A stretch of DNA of 64,000 nucleotides from Octopus sinensis (taxonomy: Eukaryota): the NCBI RefSeq assembly GCF_006345805.1, contig NC_043015.1:36642001-36706000 (forward strand). Direction: 5' to 3'. Position 1 is the stretch's first letter; each line of letters opens with the position of its first letter. The notes under the pieces are model-generated. The model was not told the DNA's origin, made no database searches, and saw only the letters and a program-made list of their open reading frames with translations. The translations under genes were made by a program, and so were the position numbers. This document shows, piece after piece, positions 22,723-36,651 of the stretch.

Positions 22723-25039
22723 TGTGTGTATGCATATATGTTTTTCTGGGGCGAAGGAAATGCATTGAAACCGATAACAATTAGTTGTGTGTTCAAGCCT
22801 GCCATCCAGTAATTAATTTGTTACATTAAGGATTTGTTCAATTTGTTAATTTGAGACCAGGAGATAGAACCATATTGAGTTTCGAACTGAGAAATTCCGT
22901 TCAATGAAGGAAACGTTACTCAATGAAAGAAATGTCAGTCAATGAAAGAACGATGTAACTTATTTATAATAGTATACATTTTTGTTGTGGTTGTCTAGTT
23001 TTCGAGGTACTAAATTACGAGTTACCATCATTAGCGTGTATAGGGCCATCGGGACATAACACAGACGTTGCCTTCTGTTTAGAAAGTGGACTCAAACACT
23101 CGGAATAACGTGGTTTAAGGCTAAAGGCATCTAACCAACTGAAGCAAAGGATTTGTTGCATAAGTAACGTGGACTGGTTCTCTGCAGCTTTCCTGCGCAT
23201 CTCGTTTTTGCTGCAGTCGCTGAACAGAAGCAGTCCCGATTCTAAGTATTTTTTGTCAAAGCTCTCAACCTCAATAGCATCGAATCAGATGATGGGCGAA
23301 TTGGTCGGATCGGTTGTATCTCATGAACTCTACAGTGCATTTCTTGCCCGCTCCGTTTTCCAGCAGATGACAGTCGCTGAGGAAACGTTTTAATAACACA
23401 GATGAAATGAAAGTGAAATCGATGCGGCATACACCGATGCACACCCAAGCCTTTCAAAGTTTGGCACTTGTGTCAGCATTCTTCATTTGTGGCATAAAAA
23501 TGCTTGAAACCATCGCAGGTACCATTTCTGCCTATAACATTTGAGTTCCCCGTGTGGATCGAACCCGAATGTTCGTATATACGCGCTAGCATTACAATCA
23601 GACAACCGTGCCTGGAACCGAGATGGGCTACTTTTATTTAAAGCTCTGTGAAATGTGGTGAAATGTGAATGGGCGATGTTGTGTTTCGAAACTATATCAC
23701 CTGGAAATACAAAAGAAACTATCCGTCGTCTCAACGAAAATCGTATGAAAGCAGACAAGTTGGAATTTTATTGTATAATAGGTTATTTTGAATATTTAAT
23801 CAAGTAGATTCCATTTAAGAATCAGCCAAGCTTGTGTATCATAAATGCCAGACTATCTTTAAGTAGATAACTCACATGGCCAAGTTTTCAATGAAAGAAT
23901 CTTGTCAGAGGAATACAATCAGTGTGTTTGTCTGTTAGCGGAAGTCCATAAGCTATCAATTAAGTTATGTGTGATAGAGAAGAAGACACACATCCTCTGT
24001 GTGTGCTGAAAAATAGTCTGCTGTGTTTCTTTAAAGCCGGACTTAAGTAGTTTCTTCTTTTAAAATAGAAACAGTTGCTTTTTTTAAAGAAAACAATATA
24101 CAGATGAGATTCAAATCAGCAGACATAGACACGCACAAACACACACGCTTGCACACATACACACACATACACATGCACGAGTTTGATATTGTGTGTTTAC
24201 GTGTTCGTCTATATATGTATGTGCACACTTACATATACATATAGATAATTTTATATATAAGTATTGTGTGCGCAAATATATATATATTTATACACATGTG
24301 TGTGTGTGTTCATCTATATAAATATATGTGTATTTTATGTATGTATATATCAACGTATGCAACATGCTTACACGCAGCAGCCGAGAAAAGCCAAACAGAG
24401 ATTTTATATAGAGTCAGTCGCTGTTGGCGCTAGAAGTAGAAACCACATGCCACACAGCGATCGGGGATATTTCAGTGTTAATTAGATTATAATCAGTGGA
24501 ATTCAAGAACGGCTGGAAAGTCTTAAATGATCATTTGTAATGTTAGCGTAGATTGTGTGGTAAAGAACAACACCGGCAAGAATAAGCGCATGAACTTCAA
24601 AGGGACAAAGAAGGAACCTTCCGAATCGTCGGTTAACCTGCTGCAAGCAGACCTTACTCAAATCTTAACCAATTTCTCCCAATAACAATAGCGGAGGCGA
24701 GGAGAGTGTGATCAAATATAAAGTATATTTGAATCAAATTTATGACGTATGTTTAGCCACGGGTCTGCTCTGTCTTTAGGCTGAACTGTGACTTAAAAAC
24801 AATGCACAAAGACACACCGTCTTCGCTTAAAATAGAGAAAATAGCACTGAAATATACCTGAAATTTTGCGAAAACGACAAAGAATGTAAGGTCACATTAA
24901 ATATTAAAGACCAACAAAGGTCTTAAGAATGCAAGCTAATCCCAATACGGACGCCGTTTATACAGGCGATATGAGATTATGGTGAATCGGGGCTGGAGCT
25001 GGGGTTGGTAGTCAGAAAATTAAATAATGTCTTGAAGGG

Positions 25040-25200
25040 TTTTACTCGAACAAATCCACCATAGCACTTATTTTCTTAAGCCTAGTACTTGCTCTATGGC
25101 ATTCTTAGTTCCGAATTGCTTTGCAGGGATGTAAACACACCAATGTCGGTTTTGAAGCTGTGATGGAGAGATAAACACGGACACAAATATATGTATATAT
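25040..25200 (-). mobile_element. SINE family A 3' half, ending in its internal microsatellite at the Tc1 junction
   Basis: gcacttattttcttaagcctagtact...gatgtaaacacaccaatgtcggtt...ataaacacggacacaaatatat. Confidence 0.75.
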
Positions 25201-25201
25201 A

Positions 25202-26044
25202 GAAAGGATCAGAAAGGTACACCTCCCAAAATTACTGCAGAGCCTAATGAACACCTCCAGAATCCAGTTTCCACAAAAACTGTTTGCCAGGAGCTGCACA
25301 AAGCCGGATTTCACGGGAGGGCTGCAATCAGAAAACCACTAATTTCAAAAACAAACGTTGCAAAGCGATTAGAGTGGAGTAAAAACCTACAGAGCAGTGG
25401 AAGAATGCTATATTCTTGGACGAGTCATTCTTTAACTTACTTATGACCCCGGCCAAGTATACGTGTGGTGACAGCCAAAAGAAGCATTTGACCCAGACTG
25501 CCTTCTCCCAACTGTTAAACATAGACGAGGATCTGTGATTACCTGGGGTCCATATCTTGGAAATCTTCCAGCCCAATTGTTTCCCTTCATGGAAGAATTA
25601 ATAGTTAAGTCTATTTAAGCATGTTATCCGATAAATTCAATTTATAGTTGCGGAACTGTCTCCGGTGGGAAACGCAATTTTTTAGGAGGATAATGCACCA
25701 AAATTCACAGCTGAAGTTGTTACTGAATGGCACGAGGAACATTCTAGTGAAGTTGAACATCTTATCTAGCCACCACAGTCTCCAGATTTCAATATTATCG
25801 AATATTTACGGTGCATTTTAGAAAAAACAAGTAAGGATTCGGTATCCTCCACCATCATCACTTCAAGAACTGGAGATTGTTTTAGCTGAGGAATGGACAA
25901 AAAGTCCTTTGGAAACAATTCAAGCTTTGTACGAGTCCATACTTCGTAGAATTCAAGGTGTAATTACTGCCAAAGGCGGTCCTATGCCATATTAAAATAA
26001 ACTTGCTTGAAATTTTAAGGTGTTTCCATTATTTTGTCCAACAC

Positions 26045-26047
<3 letters not shown>
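25202..26047 (+). mobile_element. Tc1-family (DD34E) DNA transposon, 5'-truncated and decayed
   Basis: Translates across frameshifts to ELHKAGFHGRAAIRKPLISK, IFLDES (D1), EDNAP (D2), PPQSPDFNIIE (E), EEW and TAKGGPMPY-stop. Right end aaggtgtttccattattttgtccaacacctg is followed by the TA target. No left TIR seen. Confidence 0.96.
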
Positions 26048-26101
<54 letters not shown>

Positions 26102-26151
26102 TACATTGATACACAGATATGTATGTGTATATATATATATGTGTATATATA

Positions 26152-26198
<47 letters not shown>

Positions 26199-27619
26199 CA
26201 TATGAATACATGTGTATATACATATACATACACATATGTATGTATGTATGCATAGGCGCCTATATATACGTATATGTATATCCATATATATGTATGTGTG
26301 TTTGTGTATATGTATATAATTATATACATATACATATATAAATATATGCGCGTGCGTGCGTGAGTGTGTGTATAGGTATGAATTAATATTGAAGGAGACA
26401 CAAGCACACAAGCTCACACACACACACATGTAATACATTTGTTCAACTCTAAATTATTCGTTTTTGTGTTATTATGCACATTGTGTTTGGCAGGTGAGCA
26501 TCCACATGTGCAGAGTATATTTCTGCAGATACGAAGCTTTCACTCTGTCTGTGTGCGTCCTGTTTACAACTCTGGAAATAAGCGAATGTGATTTCTCATG
26601 CTCCCAATATCTCCATCATTCCCCTCTCTCTCTTTCTCTCTCTCTCACTCTATCTTTCCTTTTCCCAACCTCTCCATCTCCCTCCCTCCCTCCCTTTCTT
26701 GGTCATGCTTAATTGATCTGGAGTTGTTTACCATTCCTGGGAAATAAAATATGTATTCCATAGCTGTTTCCATTTAACAATACTTAGCGTGACTGAACCG
26801 CATGAATAAAATTATTCCGATGCAAGCATTAGCACAAACAACATCAGCATTAACAACAACAACAACAACGAGAACATCAACAACGGCAACAACAACAAGG
26901 AATACAACTCCAACTCCATTGACTATACACTTATGCGTGTGTACATGTGTTTGTGCTTGTGTGACTGTGTGTGTGTGTGTGGGTGTATGTGTTTGTGCAA
27001 GGACGGAAAAACTTCATCACCACGACAAACATCAGCCATGGAGAACCAATACTAAAGCCAAAGACCAAACCACTACATCAACACCAACATCAAATCACCA
27101 ACTCAGAGAGAATAACCACCACCACCACCACCATCATCACCACCATCACCAACAACGCTAGTACCAGTACCAACAAACCACAACACAACCAACAACATCA
27201 AGAACTGTAAGAGGAAGAACTACATGAAGGAAAACAAGACCAGCGTTGAGAGAGGCAAAACATCAACAAGCACTGAAAGAACATCAACATCCAACGTTTT
27301 GCTTCCACAAATATTTCGTGATTCTTTCGATGTCCTGAATTCTTTGTTCTGAGAGTAACAGCATTTCAAGACAAGAAACGAAGAAATAAAAGGAACCGTT
27401 TGGGGAGGCACATAAGAAAAGAACCAAAAATAATGAAAAAACGAACAAATCGAAAGAAAAAAGAAAGATAAAAAAACCATTCCAAATTGAAACCGAAGTT
27501 CAAAGCTGATCTTTTATAAAACATATTTCTTAGTTTCAATAACTACAAAGAAATATTCAACATTTCTGATATCCATCTTGCTTTTTTTCCCCTCATTTTT
27601 ATTGATGGTGTCGCTTATG

Positions 27620-28032
27620 TTCTTCTTGTTGGTGTTGTGGTCGTTGGTAATGGTGTTGGTGTTGGTGGTGTTGGCGGTGGCGTTGGCGGTGGTGGTGGTG
27701 GTGGTGGTGGTAGTAATGTCAGTGTCGTGACTCTTGTTGCTACTGCCGTTGGTGGTGGAGAGGGTGGTGCTGGCGTTGTTTTGTACGCGTTGATGATTAC
27801 CTTTAGATCGTCACCGTCATCACTGCCGACATCGTCGTCATCATCATCGTCATCATCATCATCGCGGCCGTCGTCACTGTCGGTGTCGCCATTATCGTCG
27901 TAATCATCATGGTCCCATACATCATCATCATCATCATCATCAATCATTATCGTCCCTGTCCTCATGAACATCATCAACATACTACTAATACAACTGCTCC
28001 TGCTACTATTACTAACTCTAATACTACAACTG

Positions 28033-28066
<34 letters not shown>

Positions 28067-28097
28067 AACTACTACTACTACTTCTACTACTACTACA

Positions 28098-28141
<44 letters not shown>

Positions 28142-28310
28142 ACATACCTTTATTTGCTCTTTGCTTCGTTGTCTATTTTTTGCTATCCTACACTGTCATA
28201 CAAATATAACTGACAATGATACTAATAATAGAAACGGTATAACATATGAATGCAATACGGGCAGTGGCAACTGCAGTAGTAGCATCAATAGTAGTAGCAG
28301 CAGCAGCAGC

Positions 28311-28383
<73 letters not shown>

Positions 28384-28640
28384 TTCGGTCTTGTATGACT
28401 AAGTCAATATATGAAACCAAAATATATTTACGACATAATTCGCGATTATCGATACTACCGTTATAATTATTACTATTATTAATATGGATTAATAACAACA
28501 ACAACAATAATAATAATAATAATAATTATTATTATTATTATTATTATTACTATTATTATTATTATTATTACTATTATTATTATTATTAATACAATTATGA
28601 GTATTGTTGTTGTTGTTGTTGTTGTTGTCGTCGTCGTTAT
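27620..28640. repeat. Cluster of trinucleotide microsatellites (GGT, CAT, ACT, AGT, ATT/AAT, TTG)
   Basis: Read directly; produces poly-T/S/I/D ORFs. Confidence 0.95.
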
Positions 28641-28941
28641 TATTAATAATATTATTGGAGAAATCTGAAAATTCTTCCTCGGTCTCAAAGCAATCGTGGT
28701 CGCCATGTTGGTTCTGCGAAAAACATGTTGATAGAGCTGAGTTGTTTATTGAATGATGGAATGGAAATCTCACTCGATTTAGGTCAGTTGTTCTTTAGCA
28801 GAGAAATGGAATGCGACGTCTCAAAGACCGGATTAATATCGCACAGTTGATATCGTAATTGATGTAGAGTAAACAAATCTACCAATGATACGTATGTGTA
28901 TGCATATTTATATATATATATACATATATATGTATATATAT

Positions 28942-29035
<94 letters not shown>

Positions 29036-29059
29036 GCATATATATATTACATATATATG

Positions 29060-29091
<32 letters not shown>

Positions 29092-29237
29092 ATATATATA
29101 TATATATATTTTATATAATAATATATACATACATACATATATTTATGTTTATCTACAAACATACATGTATGAAAATATGATCTTGGTTACACACACATAT
29201 ATATATATGTATAGATACACACACACACACACACACA

Positions 29238-29274
<37 letters not shown>

Positions 29275-30619
29275 GTATATATGAATGTATGTATGTATGC
29301 ATGTATGCATGTATTTATACATGTATATATATTATATATATATATATATATGTAGGTCCCGGGTTGATTCGGGGTTAACCACAGTAAATAAGGTACTCAA
29401 TACATAGCAGAGTAAAATTAATATATAATATATAATATATATATATATGAATGTGTCTGTGTGTATATACTTTTATGTTTGCTGTAATAATTTTATAACA
29501 CTTATACATCACTAACGCTTATCCGCTCCAGTACATCCACACACACATGTATGTGTTTGTGTGCGTGTGCGCGCGTATACTCAAATATTCCTCTCTATAC
29601 TTCTTATGATTCTTGTTCTGGAATCTGATGTTAAAGCTGATATTGTATTTTTCTTTCGATATCTCCATCCTCAAATGCTTCATTCTTTGTCTTTGCCCAA
29701 CTTTCTAGATCAGTAGGTTAGTCAGTAAGAGAATTCCTGAGTTCAACTGGTGTGCGGATTAATGTTTACTGATATTTCCTTTCGTTTCCTGCTTTTTACA
29801 TCCGAATATAGCAAACCGATGTCGTTTTCGCCGTTGGCTACGCAATGATCAAGTGATTTCCATGGATTCATATGTCGAAAGGCGGTGCTCATTGCTCGAG
29901 AGACAAACTGCGTGCATTCATGGCGTAAATAATGTCGATGTAAATGAAGGGAGGCAAATGAAATATAAATGCAGAGATGTGTGGATGAGTAAAGCATGGC
30001 TACTACCGTGATAGCGTTAAAATGAGCCTCGAAGAGGAGATTAATACGGAGGGTTAAAGTGTGAGGAACAAGGAGCAAATCTGTATCTAGAAAAAATGAT
30101 GACGATGATGATCAATGGTTTAGTATCAATGGTTGTAAATTATTTTGCTATACATAACTTATATATGTAGAGTGTATATATACATACATATCATATGTAT
30201 GGAGGTTTGTGATTGTGTATACATGTGTATTATAAAATAGAGGCATTTCTTTTATTAAGGTAGGCATATGTGCAATATACTAAAAATTTAGCTCACATCG
30301 CCAAAATGCAATTTCCTAGGGTACTCCCAGAGATATAACATCCCTTATGGAACTTCTGTGTTTCAAATGACAACACGTGTCAAATAGTGAGGAAAAAGGT
30401 GTCTGCCGTTTCTAGCAAGGACGCGGGATACCTTTTGGTTTCGTTAGTCCTTTACAATGGCCTGTACAGACAGCCAGTCACATGCTTAAATGAGATAAGT
30501 GGGTTCTGAAAACTGAGACAGGGTTAAAGCATCCATATGTATACATACTTCTATACGCGTACACACTCGCATACCTATATACATACATAAAAACAAACAT
30601 TGACATACTGAGTCACATA

Positions 30620-31590
30620 TTGTATAAAATGGTATCACTTAAGCCAATTGAAGTCGTGTCACCTAAAATATACAAACACTTACTTTTTAGTAATCAAATC
30701 AAGTTAAAGTATTTTGCACAAAGTGTCAACGGCTGTGGCTTTAATAACATGAAAGTTACTCACAATAGATATAATATTCAAGGGCCTAATACAAATAGAA
30801 ATAAGGATACAAAAAATAATTTAAAAAATACACCTCATGGAGATAACAATGATATGCAAAATATGAAAAGCAATTTATTGCATTGTTCATCGGATAAAGC
30901 TCTTGAAATTAGCAATAGGAATAATGGAATTAAGAGACATACCCTCTATAAATATAATAAGATTAAGAAATTTGAATATTATAATGTACCTTCTGATAAG
31001 AATAATATTATTTGGCTCATTATTCCATTCACTAAGCAAATTAAAATAATTGTGTTGGATCTTTATACAACCTATTTTCTAAACATTTCACCAAAACAAA
31101 TAGATAATGTAATTGATGCCGGTTTTGTCCGCGTGGCTTTTCTGTTTCAAAGAATATGTTCTAGATTATTTCTTCCCTTAACGAGAAAAAATTATCGAAT
31201 TTTTATAGCAATAATTACCCGATTGAATGCAACAATAATACTCTAGTTAATAATGTAATTGAAAAATTTAAATAATTCTTCTAATAAACAAGGGAAGTAA
31301 CCCTCTCTAAATCCCATCTTAACCTGAAGAAAAGAAGTAATGGTATGAATAACAATCATACTCAATCTAGTCCTAAATATCCTAATAGTAATACGAATAG
31401 AAATGAAAATATACATTATGATTACAAGGATGGAGATAACTGTTTGTTTAATAATTCTTGTAAACAAAAAAAGAAAACAGTGTATATATGTGAAGAGAAT
31501 TCTGAAGGTAAGACTTTCTTTTACATCGGTGTGACGGAAATTTCTATCACAAAACACACATCGCTAATCACAAATGTACATTGACTTTAT
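30620..31590 (+). mobile_element. Penelope-like retroelement, decayed C-terminal linker plus GIY-YIG endonuclease
   Basis: Across frameshifts: NNIIWLIIPFTKQIK (cf. IIWFNPPFSKNVK), LFSKHFTK (cf. LIDKHFPK), FSVSKNMF*IISSLNEKK (cf. YSCMxNMxxIISSHNKK), CLFNNSCKQKKKTVYIC...FFYIGVTE...IANHKCT (GIY-YIG). Confidence 0.85.
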
Positions 31591-32187
31591 TATTATTAGT
31601 TCCACTAATTTGATTTGTTAATATTAGTGCTCACCTGAGTTAAACTCCTGTATATCTGTTCACACTTTTATGTAACCAATATTATATATTGTGCACAAAT
31701 ATTAATGACATAATATTACTTCCTTTTTTATTCCAGGAACAAAATGGTTCCCCCCACCGCCACACAAAGAATTGCACCGTCATAGAATTCCTTAAGAAAA
31801 TGTAGCCTAGGCTGTCTAAATTCCAAGCTCAATGTCATTTACTTTGGTGACTCTATTCACAAGAGCCATGTGCCCTGAAAGAAGAAGCGAAAACCATCAT
31901 TGAAGACAAATCCCGTAATGCGTGACCATCAAGTGTGAACGCTAACTCGGATCTCCTTGAATTAATAGAGACACATCAAATGTTTTGAATATAGTTGCAA
32001 TGCATTGCAGAATGCGAACAAATACACTGGGTATTTGAAACTATATGCAAAGTTGGTACGTTGGCAGTGAACTTCAGATTTGGGTGTGAACATCATAACT
32101 GTAAAAGTGAAATAATTGATTCCCAGTGACAATTGTCATTGCAGTGAATTCCACCACTAAGCAATTCGTATACAACAGATGGATAAT

Positions 32188-32368
32188 AAGCGGCGAGTTG
32201 GCTGAAACTTTAGCACGCTGGACACGTCCGTCGTCACATTCTGTGTTCAAATTAAACCTCGGTCAAACTTCCTTTTCATCCATTCGGTATCGTTAAAAAA
32301 ATACCAGTTAAGCATTGAGGTTGATGTAATTGACAATTTCCTGAAATTTCCAGCCTTGTGCCAAAATT
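32188..32368 (+). mobile_element. SINE family B, degenerate
   Basis: gcggcgagttggctgaaactttagcacgc...ctgtgttcaaatt...ccagccttgtgcc. Confidence 0.8.
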
Positions 32369-32412
32369 CTTAACGAATATTATAGTTGAAAAAAAAAAAA
32401 TCTAAAGTCAAC

Positions 32413-32470
32413 TGCATGATTCGAACCCACCGTCCGCTACAAACTCTATGGTTGTACTAACCACTATGCC
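32413..32470 (-). other. Isolated tRNA-like head (Pol III A and B boxes)
   Basis: Minus strand: ggcaTAGTGGTTAGtacaaccatagagtttgtagcggacggtgGGTTCGAATCatgc. No complete cloverleaf. Confidence 0.55.
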
Positions 32471-34276
32471 AAAGAAATATTAAAGCTTTGACCTTCCCAT
32501 TTAGAAGGTTTATTTTCAATAGATATGGTTAAATAAATGAGTATTCTCACAATTTAAAAAGGAGCGACATATCATCTATTTCGCTTTTACTATTACCGAA
32601 AATGATAATAAACGAGTCTCCACCTATAACTAAATTACTCTATAAACAAAATGATAGTGCGTTAATTTTTATTGAAGGGAGAAGGTTTAAAACTTCTATT
32701 GTACCTCGTGGGTTTATAGTTTTGGCTGCTGGTATTGTTTGTATATCGCTTCGCCTGTGTTTTTTTTTTGCCTGTAAAACTTCCATATACTCTGCATCAC
32801 GAACAATGTGTTCCGTTCAATAGGTTTCCCGAGATTTGTTTTAAGGTATATTTATAAATTATTTTACAAATTATTTGTACATTCTATTTATTTATATATT
32901 ACGCTTTAACCTTTTAGAATGATTTTTAAAATGTTTCTGAATATTTATAAGCCTTCTTTTCAAACATTTGTCTGGTGCTAAGAAGCTTTCATATTTTGTG
33001 TTTTATATTTACGACTTTATTTCGATAATGTTATAGGATTTTACTAATGCAACGTTCGGTTTTGATATATTATATTGTTGCCTGTTTCTTCATTTCGTTG
33101 ACAATTGCTTGTCTAATATATTATTTGTGCTGGTATTTAGATTATATGTTATATTTATTTACATATTATAGTAACTATGTTAGTAGTGAATTGATTAGGA
33201 TAGCAAGAAGATAAAGCAAAACTATTCTGGTACACGACAAAATTGTCAGTTTGCCGCTTGTCATCATTAATCTTACAATCATAATCTCCTCACCAACGCC
33301 TCCTCTCTTTATCTTCCAAGCTAAATACATTTATCTCTCCTCATTTCTCTCTCTCTCCCTCCATGCTCTCTCTCTCTCACTCTCTCCCTCATTCCCTTTC
33401 TCTCCCTGTGTATTCTCTTTTCCTGTTTATTGTATTGGCGCTGGAACAAACGCAATATTATAGTTTATAAACAAATGCATAGAATTGCGCAGAATAGAAT
33501 AAATTGTGATTATTTTTTAAAATAAAACCTTTTATTTATATTGTTATCTTCATATTTATGCAATTTAGCCTTTTTTATCTTTTATGCGCAAGAGTTCCAT
33601 TGTATTTAATGTAAACAGAATATAATACCGATAACTCACTTTCCAAACAACATGGATGTTCCAGTAGAATATATATGTGTGGCTCTGTTTTCGAAACATA
33701 TTGGTTTGCATCATTCATAATATGCAACAAATTCTACGTTTCAATTCTATTTGAGAACAATAACTGCGGATCCTTTATAACCGAGAAAATGTGTAATAGA
33801 CGTTCAATGATCATAAAATATTAATGTTGGAATGAATAACAACTAGGACGTACACTTGCTATCACATCCAGTCAATAGTCACAAACAGAAATTGATTTCA
33901 CTACCCCATCCTACCCCAACAAAGGGTGTGGAGTAGGTGACATGGAGTCCGTTTGTATGAACGAGAATTGCTTTAGTTGTTTTGATATTAATTCTGATTC
34001 TCCAGTGAAAAAAATTAAATGGAATGGGTTACAAAAGGGTTCGAACTGCAGGCCTAACGAATCGAAATTTAAAAAAATATTGACCACGCTCTCCATAATC
34101 ATTTCATCACGCAATATTGTCCATTTCGTCATCGTGTGTCTTAGAACAGACATGTCTGCGGTAGCAATCTAAACGGCACATTTTTTTTATATTTGAAATA
34201 TTCAATCAATGGTAGTAAACACATATCGGAAGATATATATTGAGACACATCACCATTTGGTCTTTGGTGGCATACG

Positions 34277-34459
34277 GCATGCGTTTGGAATCACGTGTCA
34301 ATACCTATGTTGCTAAGGTTGAAATCTGCCCAACGGTATATTCTGCTGACGGCGAGCTGGCAGAAACGTTAGCATGCCGGGCGAAATGCGTAGCCGCATT
34401 TCGTCTGCAGATTTCAACCTTAGCAACATAGGTATTGACACGTGATTCCAAACGTATGC
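34277..34459. repeat. 53-bp inverted repeats (1 mismatch) enclosing a family B SINE head
   Basis: 34277-34329 is the reverse complement of 34407-34459. The spacer contains ggcgagctggcagaaacgttagcatgccgggcgaaatgc. Confidence 0.95.
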
Positions 34460-34739
34460 TGATTGTGATAGGCGGATGGTGGTGAAAGAGTATGCCGTTG
34501 GTGATGGTCGCGTTGCGTGGGGTGCGGATGGCGTCGTGCGGCGGAGGTGGATGGCCGAGTAGAAAATATTAAAGGGGGCGTGTGCTCTCGTACGAAGAAA
34601 CAATATTTTGCAGTTAGAATTATTACAACACATATATAGAGGTGCCTGACTACGCACGTACACACACACATATACACACTCATACGCGCGTATATATATA
34701 TTTCAATATACATATATACATACATATATATATATATAT

Positions 34740-34778
<39 letters not shown>

Positions 34779-35096
34779 TAAGCATACCTATAAATACATA
34801 CATACAAACATACATGTATGTATATGTATATATATATACATACATACTTATACATACGCACACACACAATGGCGTATTGTATGTGTGTGTGTGTGTATGT
34901 ACGTGTATCAATACCATTTTCACTCTACTTATCTCTCACATTGTGCAAGTATATGCATATCTCCCTCTTTCTCCCTTATATATACATATATAAGTGTATG
35001 AGTGTGTGTGTGTATGTATGTGTATATTTATTTATATATATACAGCATATATGTAAATTGTATATATAATGTATACATACGCACATTTACATAAGT

Positions 35097-35134
<38 letters not shown>

Positions 35135-35235
35135 CGCTGCCTTTCCATATAGAGATACGCATCATATTTATTCGGTAGATACACAGCACACATCCCCCCT
35201 TTTCTCTCTCTTTCTTCCCCTCTTTCACACCGTCA

Positions 35236-35287
<52 letters not shown>

Positions 35288-35299
35288 CTATATATATAT

Positions 35300-35395
<96 letters not shown>

Positions 35396-35431
35396 CGTAC
35401 ATATATATACACATATATATATATACACACA

Positions 35432-35488
<57 letters not shown>

Positions 35489-35622
35489 ATGATTATAGAG
35501 GTAAAAATACATTTGCACATGAAGAAACACAGACATAAACAAACAGAATTACATAAACACGAAATGCAAAACAAACGGAGCGATGATATACTTGCGCGCG
35601 CACACACACACACACACACACC

Positions 35623-35656
<34 letters not shown>

Positions 35657-36588
35657 TATGTAAACACAAGTTCGCTCGCAGATAGCGGTATAAACTTCTT
35701 TTAGGAGTTCGTGCTTTCCGTATAAAGTTTTCCTTGTTGTTTTGCTTGCAACAGAGAATATAAAAATGAAAGAATACAGAAAAAGACAATTTACTCTCTG
35801 TACGCACACAGGTACAGAGGCATGGAGCAATGCACCGCACACACCCCGCTCAAACACATACTTATATCATTATTTTGATATTAATAACATTAATTCTTTG
35901 AAAGTAAAAATACTAATAAAAATAGTTTAAAAAAACAATATGAATCTTGAATCATGCCATAGAGATAAATATAAGAAAATCAATTTGAAAGATTACAAAG
36001 AACGTAAAATATAATATTTTTCTTCATTTGTAAAAAAAGAAATATAAAATGTCTACTTTTGTATAGAATTTTTTTCTTTAAATTCATTTAAAAGAATAAC
36101 TATTGCTCATTTCTTGTCAGACATAGATATGTGTAGATCGTACTTGCGTAAAGCTCTTTGCATACGTATGAATGATTTTGCTTTCGTAAACAGACACACA
36201 TACACACACACACACATAAATACATGCTCTCGCACATAAACACACACACACAGGCATACACAAGTATTTCGTATATGTATGCAGAAATGTATCTTTTTTT
36301 TTCCTGATATTAGAAATACACAGGCCTAAAGAATATTAGTGTAAGGAATATCAACTTGGTTTAATTTGCTCAGAACTCCATAGCCTCCTTTTCGTAGATT
36401 ATTAAATAGATTTGACATCCCTACATTACATGTTGGTGTATCCTCATCTCCCCTTCTCTCTCTTTCTTTCTATCTATCTATCCATCTATCTATCTATTTA
36501 TCTCTCTTTCTCAATATATGTGGGTGTATGTATGTATGTATTTACACATAATTTTAATCAGTCTTCGATGGGAAAATTCCGAAGTTAC

Positions 36589-36651
36589 CTGAGGGATTCC
36601 AACCCACATATTCTAAACCTGACAGACATATCTTTCTACTTGAAGTTCCTA
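36589..36651 (-). CDS. Candidate 63-nt phase 1-1 internal exon, xGTSSRKICLSGLEYVGWNPS
   Basis: Acceptor atatgtttacag, donor CAG/gtaact, one open frame, length divisible by 3. No independent support. Confidence 0.3.

Noticed and set aside
27620-28640. Complementary trinucleotide arrays (ACT vs AGT, AAT vs ATT) suggesting a hairpin or array system
   Set aside because: No constant repeat with unique spacers, so not CRISPR-like; ordinary compound microsatellites.
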